From an uncultured Eubacteriales bacterium (GTDB lineage: Bacteria > Actinomycetota > Coriobacteriia > Anaerosomatales > JAAXUF01), in contig CAZFRE010000001.1 of the NCBI GenBank assembly GCA_964521195.1, positions 334,317-398,316 of the forward strand: 64,000 nucleotides of DNA. The letters are read 5' to 3'. Under the pieces are notes generated by a model, which saw only the letters and a program-made list of their open reading frames with translations, was not told the origin of the DNA and did not search any database. Below, one piece after another: positions 1-9,627 of this stretch. A program made the translations under genes and the position numbers. Every line of letters begins with the position of its first letter. Within the stretch, counting starts at the first letter, position 1.

Positions 1-29
1 CCTTCAGCGCTGAACCGCGAGCTGGTCGT

Positions 30-794
30 CTAGCCCCACGAAGCCTGCTTCTCGATCGGCAGCGGCTCCACGATGTAGCCGCCGTCGAACTGCGGGTCGA
101 TGTAGATGGTGCCCAGGGTGTCGAGCGTGTCGAGATACTCGCTCTGCTCGATGTCGTAGGTGAACGTCAGCGTGCGTTGCGTGGCGATCTCACGCTGCGA
201 GTACGTGTAGGATCCGGCTTCGTACTCGATAGTGGCGGAGTCATCGAACATGCCCATGTACTCGACCTTGATGAGCCCGTCGAACGCCTCGGCGTTCCAA
301 CTGACCGGGTACGCGACGCTGACCCGCGCGACACCGGGCGAAGGGTTGACCACTTCGATCGTCGGCTCGCCGAGTGCCAGACCGATGTTCTCGCGGAACG
401 ACGAGTACGCGACGCAGGACTTCGCCGTCGACGAACCGGCGAAGTAGAGCTTGTAGCGGCCCCGTCGGGCGATCTCGAAGGACGGGTTCGAACTCTTCTT
501 GCTGGTGATGTAGACGTAGCGCCCCTCCGCGGGGTCGTAGCGATAGAGCTTCACCGTACCGGTGTAGGCGCGGTAGGTGCCGCTGACCTTCTTCTGCAGC
601 TTCGCCGAAAGGGTCACCGGCCACGGGTTCGTACCGGGCGTCGAGCGGTCGACGGTCGTCGTCTTCGCGGCGACGATGCGCGTCGACGCCTTCGCTGCCA
701 GCGCGGTGGCAGGCAGGGCGAGCATGGCGCCGATCGCGAGGAGCGAGCAGGCCATCAAGACCAGGCGGTGCCGCGGCAGTGCGTGCGTCCTCAT
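30..794 (-). CDS. secreted protein of unknown function, tandem paralog 1
   Basis: ORF 30..842 trimmed to ATG at 794, which is preceded by GAGGAAGGG. Signal peptide LLAIGAMLALPATALA. Collinear similarity to the next ORF (TRIVA.KTTTV.R.TPG.NPWP, RGRYKL.F.GSS, YPVSWN.EAF). No named family recognised. Confidence 0.6.
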   Translation of the reverse strand: MRTHALPRHRLVLMACSLLAIGAMLALPATALAAKASTRIVAAKTTTVDRSTPGTNPWPVTLSAKLQKKVSGTYRAYTGTVKLYRYDPAEGRYVYITSKKSSNPSFEIARRGRYKLYFAGSSTAKSCVAYSSFRENIGLALGEPTIEVVNPSPGVARVSVAYPVSWNAEAFDGLIKVEYMGMFDDSATIEYEAGSYTYSQREIATQRTLTFTYDIEQSEYLDTLDTLGTIYIDPQFDGGYIVEPLPIEKQASWG

Positions 795-1007
795 ACGTGG
801 GTCCCTTCCTCTACGTTCTCTCATGAGCACGTGCTTCCCCAATATTCTCCATATAGCGCTTCATCACAAGTGCAGACCGGAGAACGCGCACGCACAACGG
901 CCCGCCATGGGTTCAGACCCGCGGCGCGCTGACCTGCTGGACGCGGGGCACGAGGAAGGGCCGCCCGGATCGGGCGGCCCTTCGCTATCCTCAGACGGTC
1001 GTGCGCG

Positions 1008-1760
1008 CTAGAACGTGCTGCGCGAGTACTCGGCGGTCGCCGGTGTGAGGATGTGGCTTCCTCCGAGGTAGTCCTCGACGAACGCGCTGCCCCACGTGTT
1101 CAGCGTCGTGAGCAGCTCGGCGCCCTCGACCTTGTAGTTGTACTCGACGGTGCCCGGAGCGGTGACGTCGCGGTAGTAGGTGACCCACCCTGCTTCGTTC
1201 ACGCCGTCATCGAAGTAGGCCTCATAGCTCACCGTAGCCGGGCCGGCGAACGCCTCGGTGTTCCAGCTCACGGGGTAGGAGACGTTGACCCAGTACTTCG
1301 TGGTGGCAGGAATCGCCTCGATGCTCACGGTGGGCGAGCCAAGCGTGAGCCCGACCGACTCGTAGAAGTCGGAGTAGGCGGTAGAGGCCTTGGCCTTGGA
1401 CGAGCCGCTGAAGCGGAGCTTGTACCTGCCGCGCTGTGCGATCGAGAACGATACGGTCGAGCCCTTCTTGCTGCTCATGAGCACATAGGCCTTCGTGGCG
1501 GGGTTGAACCAGTAGAGCTTTACGGTGCCCACGTAGGCCCGGTACTTGCCGGAGGACTTGCGCTGCAGCTTCGCCGTGAGACTGGACGGCCACGGGTTCA
1601 CGCCGGGCGTGTCTCGATAGACGGTCGTGGTCTTCGTCGCAACGATGCGCGTGGCCGCCTTCGCGGCGAACGCAGACGCCGGCATCGCGGCCACCATCGC
1701 GACAACGAGTACGGCAGCTGCCAGCACGACCAGGCGTGCGGACCTCGGTGACTTCCTCAT
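1008..1760 (-). CDS. secreted protein of unknown function, tandem paralog 2
   Basis: ORF 1008..1901 trimmed to ATG at 1760, which is preceded by AAGGAAAGG. Signal peptide VVAMVAAMPASAFA. Paralog of 30..794. Confidence 0.6.
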   Translation of the reverse strand: MRKSPRSARLVVLAAAVLVVAMVAAMPASAFAAKAATRIVATKTTTVYRDTPGVNPWPSSLTAKLQRKSSGKYRAYVGTVKLYWFNPATKAYVLMSSKKGSTVSFSIAQRGRYKLRFSGSSKAKASTAYSDFYESVGLTLGSPTVSIEAIPATTKYWVNVSYPVSWNTEAFAGPATVSYEAYFDDGVNEAGWVTYYRDVTAPGTVEYNYKVEGAELLTTLNTWGSAFVEDYLGGSHILTPATAEYSRSTF

Positions 1761-1903
1761 GGTGTCGCCTTTCCTTGTCGGCCGCTCGATGCTCGAGCGG
1801 TCCCGTGACCCTGTTATCGGCAGGTATGTGACTTGCTGTGAGACTCGCTTTCGGGCCCTCATCCGTGCGAGACTATAGTATTGACTCACTCGAAGGGACA
1901 TGC

Positions 1904-2965
1904 ATGAAGGCGCCCAGTACCGCCAGCCGAATCCTGCTCGTTCTCGCCGCCACGCTGCTGATCGCTCTGTCTGCGACGCTGGCGTGGGCGGTCGTGGTCG
2001 ACTACCAGTCCCGGGGGCTCGTTCCCAGCGGCGTGACGGTCGTCGGCGAGGATCTCGGTGGCATGACCGAAACGCAGGCGCGAGAGGCGATCGAGGAGGC
2101 CGTCTCGACGCCGATGTTTCGGCCTGTGACCGTCACCGGTGACGGCAGGTCCTGGACGCTGGATCCCAAGGGCATCGTCACCGTCGACGTCGACTCGATG
2201 ATCGCCTCGGCCTACCACCCGCGCCGCAACGCGACGATGGTGCAGCGGCTGAACAACCAGATCGCCGGTGAGCCGATGACCGCGGAGATCGAGCCGGTCT
2301 ACTCGGTGGACGAGAGCGCAGTCGCCGCGTGGGTCGCAAGCGCTGCAGAGCAGGTCAACCGCAAGCCCAAGGACGCGAAGCGCGAGCTGAGGGGCTACAA
2401 GTTCAAAATCACCAAGTCCAAGCCGGGCGCGAAGGTGAACCAGGCCGCGACGGTCGAGCAGATCTCCAACGCTCTCACCGCCGATGCCGCGCTCTCGTCG
2501 GACGCTCGTACCGTGGCGATGACGATCAAGTCGCTCAAGCCCAAGGTGCACGAGAAGTCCTTCAAGACCGCGATCATCGTGTCGCTCTCGCAGTGCAAGA
2601 TCCGCCTGTACAAGGGCTCGAAGCTCGTCAAGACGTACATGTGCGCGCCGGGCCGTCCTGCATTCCCCACGCCCACCGGCGACTTCAAGATCGTGACCAA
2701 ACTCGCGAACGCGCCGTGGATCAACCCGGGGTCAGACTGGGCGAAGGACATGCCGCCGAGCATCCCGCCGGGGCCGTACAACCCGATGGGCGTGCGCAAG
2801 ATCGGCATCAACTACCCAGGCGTGTTCATGCATGGCATCCCGCCGAGCGAATTCGGAAGCATCGGCACGCACGCGAGCCACGGCTGCATGCGCATGATGC
2901 CGAGCGCCGTGCTCGACCTGTTCGGGCGCGTCAAGGTGGGCGACCCGGTCTACATCCGGCAGTAG
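1904..2965 (+). CDS. L,D-transpeptidase (YkuD domain) with N-terminal membrane anchor
   Basis: C-terminal YkuD catalytic signature ...GTHASHGCMRMMP. N-terminal TM segment ILLVLAATLLIALSATLAWAVV. Start set at the internal ATG (MKAPSTAS). Confidence 0.85.
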   Translation: MKAPSTASRILLVLAATLLIALSATLAWAVVVDYQSRGLVPSGVTVVGEDLGGMTETQAREAIEEAVSTPMFRPVTVTGDGRSWTLDPKGIVTVDVDSMIASAYHPRRNATMVQRLNNQIAGEPMTAEIEPVYSVDESAVAAWVASAAEQVNRKPKDAKRELRGYKFKITKSKPGAKVNQAATVEQISNALTADAALSSDARTVAMTIKSLKPKVHEKSFKTAIIVSLSQCKIRLYKGSKLVKTYMCAPGRPAFPTPTGDFKIVTKLANAPWINPGSDWAKDMPPSIPPGPYNPMGVRKIGINYPGVFMHGIPPSEFGSIGTHASHGCMRMMPSAVLDLFGRVKVGDPVYIRQ

Positions 2966-2969
2966 CCGC

Positions 2970-4010
2970 TCACTCACGTACCAGCGACACGTCGTCGACG
3001 TACGCGGAGCTACCCGCGCTCACCACGCCCGATGCATCGACACTGCTCGCGCCCGCGAGCAGGACGCTGACGCGTGCGAGGACGGCACCGTTGGGGGCGG
3101 CACCCGCGACGCCCAGCCGAGCGAACGAACTTGCGCCGACTCCGGCGGACGCGCCGGTGGTGCTCGTCTCGGCGAGTGATCGGCCGGACTCGTCGAGGTA
3201 GGAGAGGCGAAGTTCGACACCCTCGGGTGCGTAGCCGGTCATCGCCCAAGCTGCCGCGCGGTATGAGGTCCCGGCAACGACGCTCGTCTCCTGCGACAGC
3301 TCGGTCCGGCCGCCGGGGTCAGCGTCGGGGTTGAGCAGCTTGAGTGAGTTGCGAGCGGTGCGGTATGTCTTCTTGGCGTGCTTGGTCCGCGTCTCGTCCC
3401 ACTGCTCGTTCGCCGTCCACCACACCGGTTTCTCGGGAGCGCTGCTCCAGCTGCGTGCCCACGTGTTGAACGAGCCGTTGCGCAGCAGATTCGAGGGTGC
3501 CGGGCTGTTCTTGATGCGGTCGAACCGAGCCGGCACGTACCCGAAGTCGAGATCGTCGCGCAGCCGGTGGATGCGGCACACCGCGACCTTGCCGTTGCCG
3601 GACTCGTAGGCAACGTAGTAGGTGTGCTCGGGGTCGAGCCAGCCGTAGAACAGCCGGATGTGGTACCCGCGCTTGAGCATCGCGTCGCCCGGCTTGAGCT
3701 CAGAGGACTTGATGCGGTGGGCGACATTGCGGAACGAGCGAGTCGACCACGACGTGCCGGTCTTCCAGCACATCGACACGTAGCCCGAGCAGTCCGTCCG
3801 GTAGCCGGCGTGGTACTTCGACTGGCTATAGCCCACGGGCGAGTCGACCCAGCGCTGGGCGCGAGCGAGCACGTCGTTGCGCGTGATCGCGGATGCCGGC
3901 GCCGCGCATGAGAGCGCGATGGCGCACGCGAGTACGAGTGTGCGCCCGACCGGCGGGCGTCCACGCCGCGTCCGGGCTGTCTTCGTCGAAGCGATGGTGA
4001 CTGTGTCCAT
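2970..4010 (-). CDS. NlpC/P60-like cell-wall hydrolase fused to a C-terminal carbohydrate-binding-like beta-sandwich
   Basis: Signal peptide. Cys nucleophile context YRTDCSGYVSMCW followed by HIRLFYGW. The C-terminal half (LLRNGSFNTW...YVDDVSLV) resembles CBM4/9-type modules. GGAGG lies 10 nt upstream of the ATG at 4010. Confidence 0.65.
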   Translation of the reverse strand: MDTVTIASTKTARTRRGRPPVGRTLVLACAIALSCAAPASAITRNDVLARAQRWVDSPVGYSQSKYHAGYRTDCSGYVSMCWKTGTSWSTRSFRNVAHRIKSSELKPGDAMLKRGYHIRLFYGWLDPEHTYYVAYESGNGKVAVCRIHRLRDDLDFGYVPARFDRIKNSPAPSNLLRNGSFNTWARSWSSAPEKPVWWTANEQWDETRTKHAKKTYRTARNSLKLLNPDADPGGRTELSQETSVVAGTSYRAAAWAMTGYAPEGVELRLSYLDESGRSLAETSTTGASAGVGASSFARLGVAGAAPNGAVLARVSVLLAGASSVDASGVVSAGSSAYVDDVSLVRE

Positions 4011-4119
4011 GGGGCCGTTCACCTCCGGCTTCGGTATCGGCGCGAGGGCGGTGTTCCGTGAGCGTCGCGAGGCGATTGCGCCGAGCGCCGGTGACGCTCG
4101 TCACCGGCCATGCGCTACC

Positions 4120-4521
4120 ATGACGGGCATGCCACGCCAACTCATCGTACCTGCCATCATCATGTCGCTCGCCTTCGTCTTCTACACGACCGGCGTGTGG
4201 TCCGAGAGGGTCCAGCGCGACCTGCGGGGCTGGCACATCGCGCTCTTCTGGCTCGGCCTGGCGTGTGACGGCTACGCGACCACGCTCATGTCCGGGCTCG
4301 TGGCCGCCGGCGAGGACCCCGGCATCATCCACAGCGTCACAGGGTTCTCGGCGTTCTGGCTGATGGCGGCGCATGCCGCATGGGCGACGTTGGTGCTCTT
4401 CCGGGGTACGCCCGAGGCCAAGGCGCGTTTCCACCGCTTCAGTCTCGCCGTCTGGAGCGTGTGGCTCATCCCCTACTTCGGCGGCATGATCGCCGGAATG
4501 GCGCGAGGGGTGAACGGTTGA
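4120..4521 (+). CDS. HsmA-family (TIGR03987-like) small integral membrane protein
   Basis: About 133 aa with 4 TM segments. Characteristic FYTTGVWSER...WH.ALFWLGL..D...T..MS and FH.FS..VW..WLIPYF blocks, as I remember the family. Confidence 0.55.
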   Translation: MTGMPRQLIVPAIIMSLAFVFYTTGVWSERVQRDLRGWHIALFWLGLACDGYATTLMSGLVAAGEDPGIIHSVTGFSAFWLMAAHAAWATLVLFRGTPEAKARFHRFSLAVWSVWLIPYFGGMIAGMARGVNG

Positions 4522-4763
4522 TGTCGTCGACGCCTGAGAGCCCGCCCGCGCGCACGCCCGTGATGACGTGCAACCTGAGCCGCACCGACCGTGTGGTCCG
4601 CTGCTTGGGCGGCGCGCTGCTCGCCGGGCTGGGCCTGTTCGCCGTGCGCGGTTGGCCGGGAGTGCTGCTTGCCGTGGTCGGGGGCGTCTTCGTGTTCAGC
4701 GGGACCGTGGGCTTCTGCCACATCTACAAGGTGCTGCATATCAGCACGAAGCGCCGGGCGTAG
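4521..4763 (+). CDS. DUF2892 (YgaP-like) membrane protein
   Basis: CNLSRTDRVVRCLGGALLAGLGLF motif typical of DUF2892. ATGA overlap with the upstream stop. The start could instead be the later Met (MTCNL). Confidence 0.55.
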   Translation: MSSTPESPPARTPVMTCNLSRTDRVVRCLGGALLAGLGLFAVRGWPGVLLAVVGGVFVFSGTVGFCHIYKVLHISTKRRA

Positions 4764-4890
4764 TCGAGCAGGTCCGCTCGGTCGATCCGCTGTGCGACCT
4801 CAAGCACCGCCTCGGGCGTGCCGAAACACTCCACGGGAAGACCACCGGCTACCGTGCGCGCCGCGGTAGCCTCACGCACACTCTGGAGAG

Positions 4891-7662
4891 ATGATGTCCG
4901 CTCGCATACGAGTGTCGGCCGCACTGTCCGCTGCGGGGCTCGTGTGCGCGCTCGTGTGGGGGGCGAGCCCGGCATTCGCTGCGACCGCCGAGGACGCAGC
5001 CTCCGAGTTCGTCATCGGCACGGTCGTCTCGGCACAGCCACGATTGGTCGCCGAGACCGGCGTGATCGTCACCGATGTCGAGGTCGTGCAGGCCGCACCG
5101 GGCGGGGGAGTCGAGGTCGCCGGGTTCGCCATGCGCGGCGGCGAGATCGGCGACATGGGCATGTGGTCCGAGCAGTACGTGGCCCTCTCACCGGGAGATC
5201 CGGTGCTCGCGCCGGTCGAGGAGATCGGCGGCGCGGTCACCGCTGTCGGCGCGCCCGTCTCGGGGGTGGCCGCTGTCAGCGCGGGCTACATCTGGGAAGG
5301 TCTGAGCTGGCCCGACAGTTCGCTCCCCGTGCACTACCGGTTCAATCCCTCAGGCATGCCGACGGGGTCTGAGTCCGCCGTCATCGCGAGCGCCGACGCA
5401 TGGGAGAACGATGCTGGCTCGTACATGGACTACACGTACGACGGCACCACGTCGACGTCAGCCGGTGCCGCGGACGGGGTGAACGTCGTCGGCACGGGCG
5501 CTCTCGGCGCCGGGGGCCCACTGGCGGTGTGCCAGTACTGGTACAACCCTTCGACGATGTCGATCGTGCAGTTCGACATACAGTTCAACGTCTCGAACTA
5601 CAGCTTCGCGACCAACGGAAGCGGGTCGGCGTACGACGTTCGCGCCGTAGGCACGCACGAGTTCGGGCACACGCTGTGCCTCTCGGACATGTACGAGGCC
5701 GAGAACGCCAACCAGGTGATGTATGGCTACGTGACCGCGGGCGACCTGTCCAGCCGTACCCTCAAGTGGGGCGACATCGCGGGAATCCGCGCCATCTACC
5801 CCAGTCCCGCCGGCTCGCTCTCGGGCACCGTCACCGATGCCGTGGGCACCGGGCTCTCGGGTGCGTCAGTCTCGGTACCAGGCAGCCCGGCGGTCCTGAC
5901 GGGCGCGAGCGGGACGTACGCGATCTCCGGCATCGAGCCCGGGGCCTACGACGTCACGTACTCCAAGCCCGGCTACATCAGCCGGACCCTGAGCGTCACC
6001 ATCGCCGATGACGGGAACACGGTGAGCAACGTGGCGCTGTCCGCTCCGCCGGCAACCACGGCAAGCGTGTCGCCGTCGACGGCGCTGAGCTCGTGGATCG
6101 CCACGTCGGCGACGGTGAGCCTGTCCGCGTCGGCGAGTACCGGGACGATCGCGTGGACGCACTACGCCGTGAACGGCGGTGCCGAGCAGGCCTACGCGAC
6201 GCCGTTCGTCATCTCAGGCGAGGGCACCACGACGATCGGGTACCGCTCGCAGGACTCGCACGGCAACCTCGAGACCTCGAAGACCGCCGCGGTCCGCATC
6301 GATCTGTCCGCGCCCGTGACGACGCTCGTGCGCCCCGGAGCCACCTATGCCGCAGGCGCGGGCGGCTGCTTGAGCCTGGTCGCAAGCGATGCGCTGTCAG
6401 GTGTCGCGACCACTTCGTGGCGACTCGGTGCGAGCGGCGGCTTCAAGTCGGGAACGGCGGTTCCGGTGCCGGCGGCAGTCGGCACCTACACGATCCAGTA
6501 CTTCTCCGTGGATGCGGTCGGCAATGCCGAGGCCGTGCAGTCGTCGCAGTTCGCGGTCATCAGCGACGCCCTGCCCCCGGTCACCACGAGCGACGCGAAG
6601 GCGCAGTATGACACGTCCGCCAGGGTGTCGCTCACGGCCACCGACCTCGTCTCGGGCGTGGCGAGCACCCATTGGCTGCTCGACGGTATCGCCGGCACCG
6701 GCACGACCATCGACGTCGCCGCCTACGGAAACCACTCGTTGAGTTTCTGGTCGATCGACGGCGTCGGCAACGCGGAGACGCCGAGTGCTGTCAGCTTCTT
6801 CGTGCGCGATGTGACCGCTCCGACGGTCAGCGCGTTCGTCGACGCTCTGAACACCGAGAACGCGACGATTGAATTGCGCGCTTCGGACGAGGCGCATGGG
6901 AGCGGCGTCGCATCGATCTCCTATCGGCTCGACGACGAGGCCACCCAGACCGTCGCGGGTGCCTACACCACCGTGACTCCGTCGCAGGGCGTGACGCACA
7001 CCGTCACGTACTGGGCGAACGACGTCGCGGGCAACGCCAGCTCGCCCGGTTCTGTCACGCGCAAGGTGATCGGGCCGACGCGTTTCCTGCTCGATACGCT
7101 GCCGTCCCCCGTGGCGCCGGGTGCATTCGTGACACTATCGGCTCGCGTCGAGACGTTCTCGGCGGTCGCGCCTGTGGCCGGTGAGAGCGTCATCCTGCAG
7201 GTCAGCAATGGCGGCGTCTGGTCGAAGGCCGTGCCCACGGGAGCCCTGGTAGCCGAGGACGGCTCCTTCACGTTCGAGTTCTCGCCACTGCAAAGCGCCA
7301 CCTACCGGTTCTCGACATCACCGGGCACCGCTCTGCGCTACGGCGTGAGCGACCCGTTCGTCATCGGGGTGCGCGCGCTGGTCACCCGTCCTTCGGCGCC
7401 GAAGTCACCCATGGCGAAGCGCACCTTCTCGGTCTCAGGCCGGGTGACTCCGAAGCTCGCAAGCACGGCTCGGCTGAAGTGGTACCGCGTGAAGAGCACC
7501 GGCAAGAAGTACTACGCCGGCAAGACCGTCTCGCTCTCGTCGACCGGCAAGTGGACGGCCAAGCGCAGCCTGCCGAGGGGGACCTGGGCGGCGCGGGTGG
7601 TCTACACAGACCCGTTCGGCGTTGTGACGACGAGTTCGTACCGGACGTTCAAGGTGAGGTAG
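4891..7662 (+). CDS. secreted metzincin (matrixin/snapalysin-like) protease with CarboxypepD_reg-like domain, about 4-5 Ig-like (OmpL47/CHB_HEX_C-type) repeats and a C-terminal beta-sandwich
   Basis: Signal peptide ...SPAFAATAED. Zinc site HEFGHTLCLSDMY (HExxHxxxxxD). SGTVTD..G..L.GA.V.....TG..G.Y.I.G..PG.Y resembles carboxypeptidase-regulatory/PEGA modules. Repeats carry the signature ...SGVA.T.W.L.G......G.H...Y.S.D..GN.E. Confidence 0.8.
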   Translation: MMSARIRVSAALSAAGLVCALVWGASPAFAATAEDAASEFVIGTVVSAQPRLVAETGVIVTDVEVVQAAPGGGVEVAGFAMRGGEIGDMGMWSEQYVALSPGDPVLAPVEEIGGAVTAVGAPVSGVAAVSAGYIWEGLSWPDSSLPVHYRFNPSGMPTGSESAVIASADAWENDAGSYMDYTYDGTTSTSAGAADGVNVVGTGALGAGGPLAVCQYWYNPSTMSIVQFDIQFNVSNYSFATNGSGSAYDVRAVGTHEFGHTLCLSDMYEAENANQVMYGYVTAGDLSSRTLKWGDIAGIRAIYPSPAGSLSGTVTDAVGTGLSGASVSVPGSPAVLTGASGTYAISGIEPGAYDVTYSKPGYISRTLSVTIADDGNTVSNVALSAPPATTASVSPSTALSSWIATSATVSLSASASTGTIAWTHYAVNGGAEQAYATPFVISGEGTTTIGYRSQDSHGNLETSKTAAVRIDLSAPVTTLVRPGATYAAGAGGCLSLVASDALSGVATTSWRLGASGGFKSGTAVPVPAAVGTYTIQYFSVDAVGNAEAVQSSQFAVISDALPPVTTSDAKAQYDTSARVSLTATDLVSGVASTHWLLDGIAGTGTTIDVAAYGNHSLSFWSIDGVGNAETPSAVSFFVRDVTAPTVSAFVDALNTENATIELRASDEAHGSGVASISYRLDDEATQTVAGAYTTVTPSQGVTHTVTYWANDVAGNASSPGSVTRKVIGPTRFLLDTLPSPVAPGAFVTLSARVETFSAVAPVAGESVILQVSNGGVWSKAVPTGALVAEDGSFTFEFSPLQSATYRFSTSPGTALRYGVSDPFVIGVRALVTRPSAPKSPMAKRTFSVSGRVTPKLASTARLKWYRVKSTGKKYYAGKTVSLSSTGKWTAKRSLPRGTWAARVVYTDPFGVVTTSSYRTFKVR

Positions 7663-7741
7663 CCCCGCACCACCGTGCGGCTCGGCTCGACTTCGGGAAC
7701 AAACGTCTCACGGCCGTCGAGTTCCCGAAAGGTCATACCTC

Positions 7742-8536
7742 ATGATTCGTCGTGCGCTCACGCTGTTCGCCGCCATCGCACTCGTCACGCTTCTGCTCGC
7801 GGGCTGCGGCGCTGAGGACCAGATGTCCGAGCTGACCGCGAACCCGTGGGTCGCCACGCAGATCCAGACGTCGGCCGGGATGGGGCCCACGCTGCAGGGT
7901 TCGTCGCCGGCGGTCTACTTCAATCCTGATGGGACCGTCACCGGTAACGCCACGGTGAACTCGTTCAAGGGGCCCTACACCGTGAACGCGCGAAACATCG
8001 CGATCGGCCCGCTCGTGGTGAGCGACTGGGACGCACCGCAGATGGAGAGCACGCAGGATCAGACCGTGCTCGATGCGCTCAAGTCCGCCGCCAGGTACCA
8101 CATCAAAGACGGTGTGATGCAGCTTTCCGACGCGTCGGGCAACCTGCTGATGAGCTTGACCGTGGCCCAGGAGCCCAAGCTGGTGGGGCCGGTGTGGAAG
8201 TGCACGGCGTGTCTCGACGAGAAGGGCGAGCTCGCCTCGACGATCGGGACGAGCCAGGTGGTCGCCGAGTTCGCTCCCGACGGCGAGCTCAAGGGCTCGA
8301 CAGGCGTGAACCAGTACTCGGCGGCATACACGGTCTCGGGCACGAACATGACTATCGGTCCGGACGTGAGCGTGACGAAGACATCCGGACCGGAGGCGCT
8401 GATGGTGCAGGAGGCGAGATACCTCGCGGCCATCACGCGAACCGCCGGCTACCGCATCGAGGCCTACAGCCTGACCCTGACAGACGCGCAGGGTGTCACG
8501 GTGGCCACCTACGTTCCGCTCGCGCCGAAGCAGTGA
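7742..8536 (+). CDS. lipoprotein with two META (HslJ-like) domains
   Basis: Lipobox LLLAGC. Two repeats of the META pattern (NSFKGPY.V....I.IGP......; GVNQYSAAYTVSGTNMTIGP). Confidence 0.7.
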   Translation: MIRRALTLFAAIALVTLLLAGCGAEDQMSELTANPWVATQIQTSAGMGPTLQGSSPAVYFNPDGTVTGNATVNSFKGPYTVNARNIAIGPLVVSDWDAPQMESTQDQTVLDALKSAARYHIKDGVMQLSDASGNLLMSLTVAQEPKLVGPVWKCTACLDEKGELASTIGTSQVVAEFAPDGELKGSTGVNQYSAAYTVSGTNMTIGPDVSVTKTSGPEALMVQEARYLAAITRTAGYRIEAYSLTLTDAQGVTVATYVPLAPKQ

Positions 8537-8584
8537 TCGCACCGGTGGCGGGTCCGTCGGCTCGCAGTCGCGCGACCGTCACCA

Positions 8585-9529
8585 CTACTCCCCGGCGTTC
8601 CACCCCTCGTCCTGAGCGGCCCAGCGCCCGGGTGACATCCCCACCCAGTCGTACTGGCTGATCCCGATGCTGCCGGCCTTGCGCGCGGCCTTGGTGAACG
8701 CACGGATCTGCGGGGACGACGAGCCGCTCGAGATTCCGCCGATCAGGTGGACCGGCACGTCCGAGCAGCCCGGCTGCGCTCGTAGCAACTGCATACTCGA
8801 GGTCGCGTACGCCCCGGCCGCCTTGGCGGTGTGCGCGTCGAAGGTGTAGTAGGCCATCGGCAGCAGCACGTCGTAGTTCTCAGCCACCTCCGCATAGGGG
8901 AAGACGTCCCAGAAGCCGGTCTGCTTCGCGAGTCCCACGGGCGAAGGGATGATGCCGCCGAGCGGGTACTTGGAGCCCACGTGCTTGCGCAGGGCCTTGG
9001 TGAGGCGCAGCAGATTACGGTTGCGCTTCGCGTACGACTTCACCGCGGTCGATTCGATGTCGAGCGCGAACGAGTCGGCTTTGTCGCCGTCGGGTGTCTC
9101 GAAGTCGATCGCGGCGATGCAGCGGTCGAGGTCGGTGGAGTCGGTCTTGAGGTTGGGCAGGTACCACGTCACCACGTAGATGCCGCGTTCGTGCGCCTCG
9201 GTGATGAACTTCGCGAGTGCATCCGGGTTCGAGATGCCCTCCGGCGACTTCGAGTTGCCGGTCTGGATGTAGAGCGTCGTCACGCCATGCTGCTCGAGAT
9301 CGCGCACGGTCGCCGCGGGATCGCGCCACGCCCGGGCGTCCCAGAGGTCGACCCACGCACCAACGCCCTCGTACGGCTCGATGCCTCGCACCACCCTCGG
9401 CTTCTTCCTCTCGGCTGCCGGTGGCTTCTCGCCGAGCAGCCCGGCCCCGAGCGCGCCGGCCATCGCCAGCATGAGCAGCGCAGCCGCGCCAAGCAGCGGC
9501 CACCGGTATCGGAGAATGAACTGACGCAT
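8585..9529 (-). CDS. membrane-anchored putative glycoside-hydrolase-like TIM-barrel protein (GHL/DUF4015-like)
   Basis: ORF trimmed to ATG at 9529 with a perfect AGGAGG 4 nt upstream. N-terminal TM segment. Alternating beta/alpha pattern with ...TTLYIQTGN..., ...IYVVTWYLP..., ...DSFALDIES... The family call is tentative. Confidence 0.45.
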   Translation of the reverse strand: MRQFILRYRWPLLGAAALLMLAMAGALGAGLLGEKPPAAERKKPRVVRGIEPYEGVGAWVDLWDARAWRDPAATVRDLEQHGVTTLYIQTGNSKSPEGISNPDALAKFITEAHERGIYVVTWYLPNLKTDSTDLDRCIAAIDFETPDGDKADSFALDIESTAVKSYAKRNRNLLRLTKALRKHVGSKYPLGGIIPSPVGLAKQTGFWDVFPYAEVAENYDVLLPMAYYTFDAHTAKAAGAYATSSMQLLRAQPGCSDVPVHLIGGISSGSSSPQIRAFTKAARKAGSIGISQYDWVGMSPGRWAAQDEGWNAGE

Positions 9530-9627
9530 CAGACCTCCTGTCGCAATGAAGGCGATTGTACGCATGCCGAGAAGCCCGGGTGCACGTCCGTAGTAGAATC
9601 GTCGCGCAGCCGTGATGGGAGAGCGCG

